Positions 15,988 to 25,425 of a DNA stretch of 64,000 nucleotides are shown here, piece by piece. The stretch's first letter is position 1. Every line of letters begins with the position of its first letter. Source of the stretch: Candidatus Cloacimonadota bacterium (GTDB taxonomy: Bacteria; Cloacimonadota; Cloacimonadia; Cloacimonadales; JAJBBL01); contig JAHYIR010000003.1 of the NCBI GenBank assembly GCA_019429305.1, forward strand, positions 9,852 to 73,851, written 5' to 3'. The translations under genes and the position numbers were made by a program. The notes below the pieces were generated by a model. That model was not told where the DNA came from. It did no database searches and saw nothing but the letters and a program-made list of their open reading frames with translations.

Positions 15988-17139
15988 ATGAGAATAAACA
16001 GATATTTGGCAAAATGTAGTCTTGGTTCGAGACGCGAAGTAGAAGATCTGATCACTGAGGGGAAGATCTTCGTTAATCAAAAACTTTGTAAAGACTTAGC
16101 AACTGATATCAATGTGGGAATTGATGTAGTGACTTATGAAAACAAGGTTGTTACTCCCAGTGAGAAGATGCTATACTTAGCCCTCAATAAACCTCGAGGT
16201 TATATCGTAACCAAAAGTGATGAATATAAAAGGCAGACAATCTTTGATATTTTACCCAAATTCGATGTTAATCTCTTTTCTGTCGGCAGACTTGATAAGG
16301 ATTCTGAAGGGTTATTACTTTTAACGAATGATGGTGATTTTGCTGATAAGATCATGCATCCACGTTATAAATTATCGAAAATATACAAGGTCGAAGTCAA
16401 AGGTATGATCAGAAATGAAGACCTCCGTAAATTACAGGAAGGAATGATCATTGACGGTGAAAAGACGTTACCGGCAAGAGTCTTTATCAAGAAGAGCGAT
16501 GCCAACTCAACGATACTGAGATTTACTATATATGAAGGCAAGAACAGACAGATCCGTAAGATGTTAGAAACATTGGGATATAAAGTAATAAGCTTGAAGC
16601 GGCTACAGATTGCCGGAATAAAGTTAGATGATCTCCCCACAGGTATGTTTAGACCTCTAAAACCGCGGGAAATACGTTCCATCTTAGAAGAAGAGCAACC
16701 GGACAAACAAAAGAAGAGAAGTGGAACTAGAAAAACTACACTTAGCTCTCGAGAAGCAAAAGAGAGAGAGTATCGGAAACCCTCATATACTAAAGAACGA
16801 ACTGAAAAAAGTTATCCTAAGAGCTCAGAAGCAAAACAAGGTAAAAGACCAGATGGTTATGCTCCATTTTCACGAGAACGACGGGATAGAGACAGAATTG
16901 ATAACCGTAGAGATGATGATAGAAAAGCCAACAGAAAAGGTAGAGAGTCATATCGGGATAGAGATAAGAGTTATACTGAGAAATCATCTTACAGGGACAA
17001 AGCAGGTTATCAAGGAAAGAAAGGAACATTTTCAGACAAGAGATTCAAGAGAGATGCTACTACTGGTGACCGGAACAAACCGGAAATGAAAGATAATAAA
17101 AGACGAACCACTTCAGGCATTCGTAAGAGAAAGGTCTAA
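15988..17139 (+). CDS. rluB: 23S rRNA pseudouridine synthase (RluB/RsuA family) with an S4 domain and a long basic C-terminal tail
   Basis: S4 block RINRYLAKCSLGSRREVEDLI. Catalytic block VGRLDKDSEGLLLLTNDG. About 150 aa of K/R/D/E-rich tail. Confidence 0.85.
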   Translation: MRINRYLAKCSLGSRREVEDLITEGKIFVNQKLCKDLATDINVGIDVVTYENKVVTPSEKMLYLALNKPRGYIVTKSDEYKRQTIFDILPKFDVNLFSVGRLDKDSEGLLLLTNDGDFADKIMHPRYKLSKIYKVEVKGMIRNEDLRKLQEGMIIDGEKTLPARVFIKKSDANSTILRFTIYEGKNRQIRKMLETLGYKVISLKRLQIAGIKLDDLPTGMFRPLKPREIRSILEEEQPDKQKKRSGTRKTTLSSREAKEREYRKPSYTKERTEKSYPKSSEAKQGKRPDGYAPFSRERRDRDRIDNRRDDDRKANRKGRESYRDRDKSYTEKSSYRDKAGYQGKKGTFSDKRFKRDATTGDRNKPEMKDNKRRTTSGIRKRKV

Positions 17140-17173
17140 TAGAATTTTAGAGATGAAGGAAAGTTAGAATAAG

Positions 17174-18238
17174 ATGCAATTAGGATTGATCGGACTACCA
17201 AACAGAGGCAAGACAACGGTCTTCAACGTTTTAACAGGTTTTAATGCCCAGACAGGTTATTTTCATAAGAATGAACCTAACATTGCTGTAGTGGAAGTAC
17301 TGGATCCGAGAGTAACAACTTTATCGGAGCTCTATAAACCCCAGAAAACAACCTATTCTATCATAGAAGTTATTGATTTTCCGGGAGATGAAGAAGAAAC
17401 CCAAAAAATGAGATTTGATTCACCTCAGATGAAGCAATTAGATGCACTCTGCTTAGTTTTACGCAATTTTGATGATCAGGTACTTAACCAGTCAATAGGA
17501 GAGCCGGATCCTTTAAAAGAGTTGCAAGAGATAGAAAGCGAGATGCTGATCAATGATATGCAGGTTGCCGAGAAGCGTTTAGATAAAGTCAGATTGAATT
17601 TGCAAAGGGGAGTCAGATCAGCAGAAAACCAATATGAAGAGAAAGTATTAGAAAAGGTCGTCAATATCTTAAACGCAGAGAAACCATTGAGAACCGCTGA
17701 ACTACTTCCAGAAGAAGAGAAAGTAATCAGAGGATTTCAGTTATTGACAATCAAGCAGGTGATGATAATCATAAACTCTGATGAGAACAGATTGGGAAAG
17801 AATACCAACTTACTTGAGCAATTTCACCAGATGGGCTACGAGGCGATCGACATAGCAGGGAAATTTGAGATGGAATTGCTTAGTCTGGAGCCAGACGACG
17901 CAGAACTGTTTCTCTACGAAATGGGCATCAGTGTTTTAGCCAGAGACAAGATCATACAAATGGCATATAGGGTACTCGGATACATCAGTTTTTTCACGGT
18001 AAGCAACAAAGAGGTCAGATCATGGACTATCACAAAGGGTGATAATGCTCAGGAAGCAGCAGGAAAGATCCATTCTGATATGGAGCGGGGCTTTATCAGA
18101 GCAGAGTGTTTTCATTACAACGATCTGATTGAGTATGGTTCTGAGAAGGCATTAAAAGAGAAAGGTAAGATCCGCGTTGAAGGTAAAAGTTACATAGTAA
18201 ATGATGGTGATGTATTATTTATCAGATTTAGTGTTTAG
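17174..18238 (+). CDS. ychF: Ribosome-binding ATPase YchF
   Basis: P-loop GLIGLPNRGKTTVFNVLT. C-terminal block RSWTITKGDNAQEAAGKIHSDMERGFIRAE. 354 aa. Confidence 0.85.
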   Translation: MQLGLIGLPNRGKTTVFNVLTGFNAQTGYFHKNEPNIAVVEVLDPRVTTLSELYKPQKTTYSIIEVIDFPGDEEETQKMRFDSPQMKQLDALCLVLRNFDDQVLNQSIGEPDPLKELQEIESEMLINDMQVAEKRLDKVRLNLQRGVRSAENQYEEKVLEKVVNILNAEKPLRTAELLPEEEKVIRGFQLLTIKQVMIIINSDENRLGKNTNLLEQFHQMGYEAIDIAGKFEMELLSLEPDDAELFLYEMGISVLARDKIIQMAYRVLGYISFFTVSNKEVRSWTITKGDNAQEAAGKIHSDMERGFIRAECFHYNDLIEYGSEKALKEKGKIRVEGKSYIVNDGDVLFIRFSV

Positions 18239-18258
18239 ACAGGTAACAGGGTGTTTGT

Positions 18259-20580
18259 ATGAAGAATTATAAGAAAAGAAGTTATTTTGGGAATATTTAT
18301 AGTGGCGTTTTTCTCGCCATTATGGCTCTGCTTTTCTTTTTATCGATTATACCGGGAGAGGAAGGGTTGGAAAGCGATTATAGTATCTTAACCCATTCCG
18401 GTACATCATTCTTTGATATCATAACCTTAAACTTTGAACGCGTTGATAATTTGATTGGACCATTTGGGGCATTTTTCGGGTTTTGGTTCTTCTTTCTCAC
18501 TGGTCAGCTATTATCTTATTTTATTATCATCTCTGTTTTCTTGATCGGGTTGGTCAGGATTTTCTTTCCCTACAAACGTGAATACAGTATCAAAGCTTTT
18601 TCTATCATCTTTCTCGGATTCTTCTTAAATATTTCCCTCTTAACAGGAGAACAAGCTTTTATCACTAAGAGTGGAGTAATAGTTGAAACAGCTTATGATG
18701 TTCTTTTTAGGATATTCAGTAACACAGGAACTGCGATAATATCTATAGCTTTACTAATCGGTTTTTTGATAACTATCTTAGGAACTAATTTAGTGATGGT
18801 TTTCCTCCGCTGGTTAGGAAGAGCTTTTGTTAGTATCTTTGATTTCTTAACACTCAAGAAAATGCCTAAAAAACAGGATAAAGAAGCTCTCAAAACTGCC
18901 CGTGCTGCTAAAATTGAGCAAGAGGAAAAAGGGGAAGCCGGAAAAATAAAACAGGATAAAAAAATAGCCCCGACTATAACAGATCACGTAGAGTATAATG
19001 ATGATCATAACGGAATATTAGATGATCTTAGTGACGAAGATCTTAATATAGACGAAGCATTAAAAAAGACAAGAAAGGATAAGAAAAGTAGAAAGAGAAT
19101 CGAAATACCTCCAGAAGAGATGAATCAGGAAGAATATCAGAAACCGAGTATCGAGGAATTTCTAACCAGTTCGGCAAAGGTTCTGGTACGCGATCGTGAT
19201 GAGATGGAAGCGATCATCACCACTACAAGCCGCATATTGATAGAAAAACTGGCTCAATTTGGTGTCGAAGCTGAGGTGGTTAATGTCAATATCGGACCGA
19301 TAATCACTCAGTATGAATTAAAACCTGCTCCACACGTCAAGGTTAGTCGTTTTCAGGCCTTGGCAGATGATCTCTCTTTAGCGATAAAATCGCGTTCTAT
19401 CAGAGTGCAAGCACCGATACCGGGCAGAGGATTGATCGGAATAGAGGTTCCCAATAAAGAACGGGAAGTGATCTATCTCAAAGATATCATGTTAGCGGAG
19501 CAGATGGTCAGGAATCCAAGTAAGTTGGCTTTTGCACTCGGTAAGGATATAGTAGGAACACCGGTAATAGCTGATCTGGCAGGAATGCCCCATCTGCTTA
19601 TTGCCGGAGCAACAGGATCGGGTAAGAGTGTTTGCATTAATTCTATTATCTGTAGTTTGCTTTTCCGCTCTACACCCGAAGAGTTACGGCTTGTCTTGAT
19701 AGATCCCAAAAGGATAGAATTATCGGGGTATGAGGGGATACCTCATTTGATACAGGACGTTGTTTCCGATTCAGAAGAGGCATTAATAGTTCTTAATTGG
19801 GCAGTAAAGGAAATGGAACGCCGTTATGAACTATTACAGCATTATAATGTCCGTGACATTAACGGCTATAATAAAAAGATCAAAGAACTTGTTAGCAACG
19901 AAGAAAAGCCCTTTGAAGAGACCTTACCCTATATTGTGATAATCATTGATGAGTTTGCCGATTTGATCATGCGGTCCGGAAGAGATATAGAAATACCGAT
20001 AACACGGTTAGCCCAGTTAGCGAGAGCGATAGGAATCCATCTCGTTTTAGCTACACAAAGACCTTCGATCAAGATCATCACTGGTCTGATCAAAGCCAAT
20101 TTCCCGTCTCGAATAGCATTTCAGGTTGCTCAGAAAATAGATTCACGGGTTATTCTTGATATGAATGGTGCAGAAACTCTGCTCGGTAAGGGAGATATGC
20201 TCTTTATTCCGCCCACCAAGGGGCAGGCAGAACGGATTCACGGGGCTTTTGTCTCGGATAGTGACATAGAGCATTTAATAGAATATCTCCGTACACAACC
20301 TAAACCGGAACAGAAGATAGAGATAATTACTGAAAGTGAAGAGGGTGTAGAATTAGTTGACTATGATGACGAGTTATTTATTGAAGCAGCTAAGCTGGTT
20401 GTTTCTGCAGATACGGCTTCTGTATCAATGTTACAGCGTCATTTCAAGATCGGTTATGCCAGAGCCGGCAGATTGATCGATATGCTGGAAAGAGCGAAAA
20501 TAATCGGTAAATATGCCGGCAGTAAATCACGTGAAGTCACTGCCACACAGGAGGTTTTGGATGCTTATGGTATCGAATAA
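18259..20580 (+). CDS. ftsK: DNA translocase FtsK/SpoIIIE
   Basis: N-terminal membrane helices, Walker A LLIAGATGSGKS, Walker B VIIIDEFADL, and a C-terminal gamma-like winged helix (LQRHFKIGYARAGRLIDMLE). Confidence 0.9.
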   Translation: MKNYKKRSYFGNIYSGVFLAIMALLFFLSIIPGEEGLESDYSILTHSGTSFFDIITLNFERVDNLIGPFGAFFGFWFFFLTGQLLSYFIIISVFLIGLVRIFFPYKREYSIKAFSIIFLGFFLNISLLTGEQAFITKSGVIVETAYDVLFRIFSNTGTAIISIALLIGFLITILGTNLVMVFLRWLGRAFVSIFDFLTLKKMPKKQDKEALKTARAAKIEQEEKGEAGKIKQDKKIAPTITDHVEYNDDHNGILDDLSDEDLNIDEALKKTRKDKKSRKRIEIPPEEMNQEEYQKPSIEEFLTSSAKVLVRDRDEMEAIITTTSRILIEKLAQFGVEAEVVNVNIGPIITQYELKPAPHVKVSRFQALADDLSLAIKSRSIRVQAPIPGRGLIGIEVPNKEREVIYLKDIMLAEQMVRNPSKLAFALGKDIVGTPVIADLAGMPHLLIAGATGSGKSVCINSIICSLLFRSTPEELRLVLIDPKRIELSGYEGIPHLIQDVVSDSEEALIVLNWAVKEMERRYELLQHYNVRDINGYNKKIKELVSNEEKPFEETLPYIVIIIDEFADLIMRSGRDIEIPITRLAQLARAIGIHLVLATQRPSIKIITGLIKANFPSRIAFQVAQKIDSRVILDMNGAETLLGKGDMLFIPPTKGQAERIHGAFVSDSDIEHLIEYLRTQPKPEQKIEIITESEEGVELVDYDDELFIEAAKLVVSADTASVSMLQRHFKIGYARAGRLIDMLERAKIIGKYAGSKSREVTATQEVLDAYGIE

Positions 20581-21226
20581 CAGGTTCATCTTATTATTGT
20601 TGATTTTTGTAGTTAGTTATGGTCTATCATCTGCGATTACTATTGATGAAGTCTATCAGCAGTTAACCGCTAAGTATGATACTATTGAATACTTTGCAGC
20701 CAGTTTTACTCAAACGAATTACTGGAAAATTCAGGATCGTCTCATGGAATCACAAGGGGAGATCTATATAGCAAATCAAAAGATGGCGATCATCTTTAGT
20801 TCTCCACCGGGACAGAAGATGATTCTTGATGAAACGCTATATCTGATCAATGAGGTAGAAAGAACAATGATCATCACCGATATGGAACATACCGGCGGCT
20901 TGTTCAAGCCGAATGATATCATTGACCTGTATTGGAACCAATCGGCAAAGGAATTGATTGTTGATAATGAGGATACCTATAAGATAGTGATGATCCCTGA
21001 AGATGATCTTTATACAGCCAGAGCAGAAATGATCATCAGACGCAGCGATTTTATTATAGTCGGTGTTAGTTATGAAGATCATAACAAAAATAGAGTTGAT
21101 TTTAATTTTCATGACGAGAGAGTTAACCAGCGTTTTGATATGAGTGTTTTTAATGTCACACCGGATAAAGATTACACAATAATAGACAATCGTATCAATA
21201 TTCCCCAGGAAAATACTCTCGATTGA
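20561..21226 (+). CDS. LolA-like outer-membrane lipoprotein carrier family protein
   Basis: The start is placed at the ATG at 20561 (AGGAGG upstream), overlapping the ftsK end. It has a signal peptide and the FTQTNYW...QGEIYI pattern. The position after ftsK is typical of lolA. Confidence 0.55.
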   Translation: MLMVSNNRFILLLLIFVVSYGLSSAITIDEVYQQLTAKYDTIEYFAASFTQTNYWKIQDRLMESQGEIYIANQKMAIIFSSPPGQKMILDETLYLINEVERTMIITDMEHTGGLFKPNDIIDLYWNQSAKELIVDNEDTYKIVMIPEDDLYTARAEMIIRRSDFIIVGVSYEDHNKNRVDFNFHDERVNQRFDMSVFNVTPDKDYTIIDNRINIPQENTLD

Positions 21227-21267
21227 GATAAATAAGTATAAGTTAATATAGAAATTTGGAGGATAAT

Positions 21268-22323
21268 ATGATTGGTGTCATTATGGCAGGAGGTTCTGGA
21301 ACCAGATTTTGGCCTTTAAGCAGGGAGATAACACCCAAGCAATATTTACAGTTGTTTTCGGACAAGACGATGATTCAGAAAACTGTTGAACGGCTCTTTC
21401 CTATCATTGGTTTGGAGAGCATCTATATAGTTTCAACAGAATCACAACGTCCTCTTATCCACGATAATATTCCCAATCTGCCGGAAGAAAATCTGATCAT
21501 AGAGCCGGTGGGAAGAAATACAGCACCCTGTATCGCTTTAAGTGCCGCCTACTTAAAGCGTAAATACTCAGAAAATAAGATCATGTTTGTTCTCCCTTCT
21601 GATCATATAATTGTCGAAGAGGACATCTTTCAAAAAAGCATCAAGGTTGCAGAGAAGGCTGCGAAAGAGGGTAATCTGGTGACTTTCGGTATCAAACCGG
21701 ATTATCCGGCTACCGGATATGGATACATCGAAGCAGGAAAGGCAATAACAAAAGGTGTTCACAAGATTACTAATTTCAAAGAAAAACCTGATTTTGCAAC
21801 CGCCAAATCTTTCCTCAGTGCAGGGAATTATCTCTGGAACAGTGGAATGTTTATGTGGCGTGTCGGAGACATTTTAGAAGAATATCGCCTTCATGCTCCC
21901 GAGATGTATAAATTATTACAGGGCATAGAGAAACTATGGGATGAAAAAGGATTAGATGCCGATATAAGCAGCAAGTATATCCAAATGCCCAAGACACCGG
22001 TAGATATAGCTATCATGGAAAAGGCAGAAAAGAGAGTTGTAATTCCTGTTAATTATCACTGGAATGATGTCGGCAGTTGGAGAGCTGTCTCCGATCTGGC
22101 AGAAAAAGACAAGAACGGCAATGCCATCAAAAGTCCGAATATTGTTATCAAAAGCAGCGGTAATTATGTTTACGCCAAAAAACTCGTAGCGATGATTGAT
22201 ACAGATAACTTAGTAGTGATTGACACTCCCGATGTACTATTGATCACCAAAAAGGAGAGTTCTGAAAAAGTAAAAGATGTCGTTGCTATGATCGAAAAGA
22301 TGGGTTGGAAAGACTATCTATAA
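21268..22323 (+). CDS. manC: Mannose-1-phosphate guanylyltransferase (nucleotidyltransferase domain only)
   Basis: GVIMAGGSGTRFWPLSR and GYGYIE blocks. ATG at 21268 is preceded by GGAGG. The ORF-track TTG start at 21256 is less likely. Confidence 0.8.
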   Translation: MIGVIMAGGSGTRFWPLSREITPKQYLQLFSDKTMIQKTVERLFPIIGLESIYIVSTESQRPLIHDNIPNLPEENLIIEPVGRNTAPCIALSAAYLKRKYSENKIMFVLPSDHIIVEEDIFQKSIKVAEKAAKEGNLVTFGIKPDYPATGYGYIEAGKAITKGVHKITNFKEKPDFATAKSFLSAGNYLWNSGMFMWRVGDILEEYRLHAPEMYKLLQGIEKLWDEKGLDADISSKYIQMPKTPVDIAIMEKAEKRVVIPVNYHWNDVGSWRAVSDLAEKDKNGNAIKSPNIVIKSSGNYVYAKKLVAMIDTDNLVVIDTPDVLLITKKESSEKVKDVVAMIEKMGWKDYL

Positions 22324-22458
22324 ATCGGGCAATATTTAAAAAGTTATTGACAAATGGACTCAAAATATTTTTCTGAAATTCGAGGAAGTAATTGATGAAT
22401 TTGGAAGGTGATAAAAGATTTACTGATCAAATTGGTTTTGATAAAAATAAAGCATTAA

Positions 22459-22487
22459 GCATTTACCAAAAGGTAAATGCTTTTTTT
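22459..22487 (+). terminator. Rho-independent terminator-like hairpin in the manC-nadC spacer
   Basis: gcattta-ccaaaagg-taaatgc followed by TTTTTTT. Confidence 0.5.
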
Positions 22488-22547
22488 GTCTTCAAAAACC
22501 GGGTTAACATCTTGCTTGGCTTAGCGTTATCAAAGGCGGTCTAAGGT

Positions 22548-23369
22548 ATGAAGATTGACTGGCTTATTGAAAAGGCGTTACAAGAAGATCTCGGCACAGG
22601 TGACATAACAAGCAATTATCTCAATTTAGACAACAACAAATCAATCGCTTTTTTAATAGCTAAAGAGAAGGGAATTTTAGCCGGTTTAGATGTAGCTATT
22701 GAAGTATTTCGTAAACTCGATCCCAACATCACTTGGGTTGCTTATAAAAGAGATGGGGATAAACTCCGTAAGGGTGATGAGATAATTAAATTTAACGGTT
22801 CCACGAGAGCAATTTTAGCCGGTGAAAGAGTAGCCCTGAATTTTATCCAAAGATTGAGCGGTATAGCAACAATAACCAGAGAGATGGTTGATATTCTCAA
22901 ACCCTATAATACCAAGCTCTTAGACACTCGTAAAACTACCCCATTATTACGAGAATTAGAAAAATACGCCGTTAAAATTGGTGGTGGCTATAATCATCGG
23001 TTCGGGCTCTATGATATGATAATGCTTAAAGATAATCATATTCAGGCAGCCGGTTCTATAACCAAAGCGGTTAATCAAGTTCGCAAACACAATTTAAATT
23101 ATAAAATCGAAGTAGAAGTAAAGAATCTGCAAGAACTTCGGGAAGCCTATAACTGTCGGGTGGACAGGATTATGCTCGACAATATGTCTCTCAAGAGCAT
23201 CTGTAAAGCAGTTGCCCTCTTTGGCGGGAAGGTTGAATTAGAAGTTTCAGGCGGTGTTAATCTCACTAATATCAAAAAATATGCTGAAACCGGTGTACAA
23301 TATATCTCTGCAGGTTTTATCACCCATTCAGCAAAAGCATTGGATATTAGTTTATTGTTCAGGGAGTAG
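22548..23369 (+). CDS. nadC: Nicotinate-nucleotide pyrophosphorylase (carboxylating)
   Basis: LDTRKTTPLLRELEKYAVKIGGGYNHRFGLYDMIMLKDNH is a hallmark NadC block. 273 aa. Confidence 0.9.
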   Translation: MKIDWLIEKALQEDLGTGDITSNYLNLDNNKSIAFLIAKEKGILAGLDVAIEVFRKLDPNITWVAYKRDGDKLRKGDEIIKFNGSTRAILAGERVALNFIQRLSGIATITREMVDILKPYNTKLLDTRKTTPLLRELEKYAVKIGGGYNHRFGLYDMIMLKDNHIQAAGSITKAVNQVRKHNLNYKIEVEVKNLQELREAYNCRVDRIMLDNMSLKSICKAVALFGGKVELEVSGGVNLTNIKKYAETGVQYISAGFITHSAKALDISLLFRE

Positions 23370-23373
23370 TAAG

Positions 23374-24099
23374 ATGGTGAAAATACTGATCGCATTGATC
23401 CGTATGCAACGGTATGATGATATAATCGGTGAAAAAGAAGTATTGAAAAAGAGATTACCGATGCAATTGGAAGAGTTGGAGAAGAACGTTTCAAGTGCGA
23501 AAAAGAATTTTGAAGATTTCAAAAAAGAGCTCAACACCAATCTTATGGATCGCGATAAGTTGGAATTGGAACAAGAAGAAAATAAAGAGCAGATGAATAA
23601 GTATGAAACTCAGCTTTCCATGATCAAGACCAATAAAGAATACAAGGCGTTAAACAACGAAATAGACGGCTTAAAAGAAAAGAATTCGGCTATTGATGAT
23701 CAGATCTTAGAGATGATAGATCAGGAAGAGGAGCTTAAGAAACTGTTAGAAGTGAAGAAGAATGAATTAGAAGCTGCCGAAGGAGAATTAAACAAAAACG
23801 AAGATATCTTGCGAAAGAAAATTATTGCAGTTGATAAAGAAATTGAACAGACCAGAGCTAAAAGAAACGAAATTGCCAAAACCTTACCAACCAATATTGT
23901 CAGCCGCTACGGCTCACTTATAAAAAATAAAAATCGCAAGGCAGTGGTCTTTCTTAATACTAACAATGGATGCGGTGGTTGCGGTTTCAGTGTCAGACCA
24001 CAGTTACTGATCGATATCAACAGAAAAGATTCCATCATAAGTTGTGAAAGTTGCGGCAGAATGATCGTTGATAAAGAACTTGCCAATAAGGAAGAATAA
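23374..24099 (+). CDS. Coiled-coil protein with a C-terminal C4 zinc ribbon (COG1579/DUF164-like)
   Basis: The start is placed at the ATG at 23374, just after the nadC stop. It has a long heptad-rich region, then CGGCGF...CESCGR. Confidence 0.7.
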   Translation: MVKILIALIRMQRYDDIIGEKEVLKKRLPMQLEELEKNVSSAKKNFEDFKKELNTNLMDRDKLELEQEENKEQMNKYETQLSMIKTNKEYKALNNEIDGLKEKNSAIDDQILEMIDQEEELKKLLEVKKNELEAAEGELNKNEDILRKKIIAVDKEIEQTRAKRNEIAKTLPTNIVSRYGSLIKNKNRKAVVFLNTNNGCGGCGFSVRPQLLIDINRKDSIISCESCGRMIVDKELANKEE

Positions 24100-24118
24100 C
24101 TATATATTGTTTTTAGAT

Positions 24119-24576
24119 GTCAAAGTGGGATAAATGTCTGCTTCCCTGAAATAGGGGAGAGGAAAGTCCGGGCACCAAAGGGCGGGATACTTCCTAACGG
24201 GAAGCTCTGGTGACGGAGAGCTAGCTCCACAGAAACAAACCGCCCTTCACTATTTTAACTTTGTTGGTGATTGTTTACGATGATAACTTGAAATGCTAAA
24301 ATGGTGAAGGGTAAGGGTGAAATGGTAGTGTAAGAGACTACCGGATATATTGGTGACAATATATGCCAGGAATGCCTTATTCGGTGCAATGCTAAATAGG
24401 AGAACAGTGCCTCGTGCCGTATGTCTGCCCGGCATACTTTGTTCTCGGGTGAGCAGCTAAAACCGGTTTGGGAAACCAAATCTCCTTAAGGGGAATAGTA
24501 ATATCCGGTTCAGACAAATAGACATTGTTCTGTTTATTAAACAGAATACAGAACCCGGCTTATTTCCCTCTTTGAC
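24119..24576 (+). ncRNA. rnpB: RNase P RNA, bacterial type A
   Basis: Conserved GAGGAAAGTCCGGGC near the 5' end, GGGTAAGGGTGAAATGGTAGTGTAAGAGACTACC core, and ACAGAACCCGGCTTA near the 3' end. The terminal P1 pairing is GTCAAAGTGGGATAAA with TTATTTCCCTCTTTGAC. Confidence 0.85.
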
Positions 24577-24632
24577 ATCAAATTTTGATTTCTCTTGACT
24601 TCTCAAGAGAAGTATTATTTTTACACTTATGA

Positions 24633-24709
<77 letters not shown>

Positions 24710-24821
24710 TTTTTATAGACACTATTTTTGATGATGAAAACCAATCTCAATATACTCTCAATAAGAGAACAACATAATAAATTTTATCATTAAATTGTCT
24801 TTATCCAATCAATAAGAAGCA

Positions 24822-24849
24822 CACGAGTCGGCTACCGCCGACTCGTGTA
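24822..24849. repeat. Perfect 12-bp stem GC-rich hairpin (acacgagtcggc-tacc-gccgactcgtgt)
   Basis: Read directly from the sequence. It shares the AGTCGG...CCGACT core with the hairpin at 46769-46815. Confidence 0.6.
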
Positions 24850-25016
24850 CTCCCCTTAGGTTTCTCATACTTAAAACCAATTCAAAAAGAAGATCACTGA
24901 CTTTAGTTTTGTTTTGGTTACTGGAAAAAGTTATTGCAGTATTGAGGAAAAAGCCGAAGAATCTTCATTAAATACATAAAAATCCTTTCTGCCATCCCGA
25001 GTTTCTCAGTATTTAC

Positions 25017-25261
25017 GTAGTTTCACCACACTGTCACTCTAAGTAACCCTTGGTTCTTAGGTAGTTTCAATACATTGTCACCCTGAGTGATTCCAGGCAA
25101 ACTACTTGCTCTATCTTTCTGGAATTGTATCGAAGGGTTGAAGAATAGCACAACCATATCGACACAAGCCCTCCTTCGATACATTCTGCCGGATAAAGCA
25201 AGAAGCCATTGCAGAACACTCAGGATGACAATGGGTGGCGTATAACTTAGGATGACAATGG
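25017..25261. repeat. Cluster of four TTGTCAYCCTRAG-type repeat units: two forward, two inverted
   Basis: Forward units are at 25017-25046 and 25061-25090 (gtagtttca..tgtcac.ct.agt.a). Inverted units are at 25217-25234 and 25244-25261 (..ct.aggatgacaatgg). Confidence 0.65.
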
Positions 25262-25391
25262 ATAGTAAATCACGATGTTGATGATTATTGACCATAAACA
25301 GACTAATGCCTATCTTACAAAACGGATAGAAGATAATAGGGTTTTCAGTTTATTGTAATAAATGGTAAGAAATCATTATTCCTGAAAAAAG

Positions 25392-25419
25392 TTGACACTT
25401 TTAACAAGATGAATAATTT
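25392..25419 (+). promoter_or_regulatory. Promoter candidate TTGACA-16 nt-TAATTT ending 6 nt before the ATG of the first cluster gene (possible leaderless mRNA)
   Basis: TTGACA at 25392-25397, TAATTT at 25414-25419, ATG at 25426. No Shine-Dalgarno sequence lies in between. Confidence 0.35.
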
Positions 25420-25425
25420 TCTGAT

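Noticed and set aside
16721-17089. Alternative-frame ORFs (16721-17089 plus strand; 16817-17029 and 16365-16706 minus strand) within rluB
   Set aside because: They are nested in the homology-supported rluB frame. They arise from the low-complexity, purine-rich tail coding sequence.
20513-20560. Over-long N-terminal extensions in the ORF track: lolA-like 20513; PTS-EIIA 15450; T9SS protein 41092; rnfC 41363; Zn-ribbon 23254; manC 21256; SOR-like 3065; integrase 5447
   Set aside because: In each case an internal ATG is preceded by a GGAG-type RBS. That ATG gives a sensible signal peptide or conserved N-terminus and removes the overlap with the upstream gene.
25017-25261. Possible CRISPR array, given the regularly spaced repeats
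   Set aside because: There are only two forward and two inverted copies, with unequal periods of 44 and 27 bp and imperfect identity. There is no repeat-spacer regularity, and no cas genes lie in the window.
25023-25295. 90-aa minus-strand ORF in the tRNA-proximal spacer
   Set aside because: It spans the four TTGTCAYCCTRAG repeat units. Its composition is driven by the repeats, and there is no RBS.
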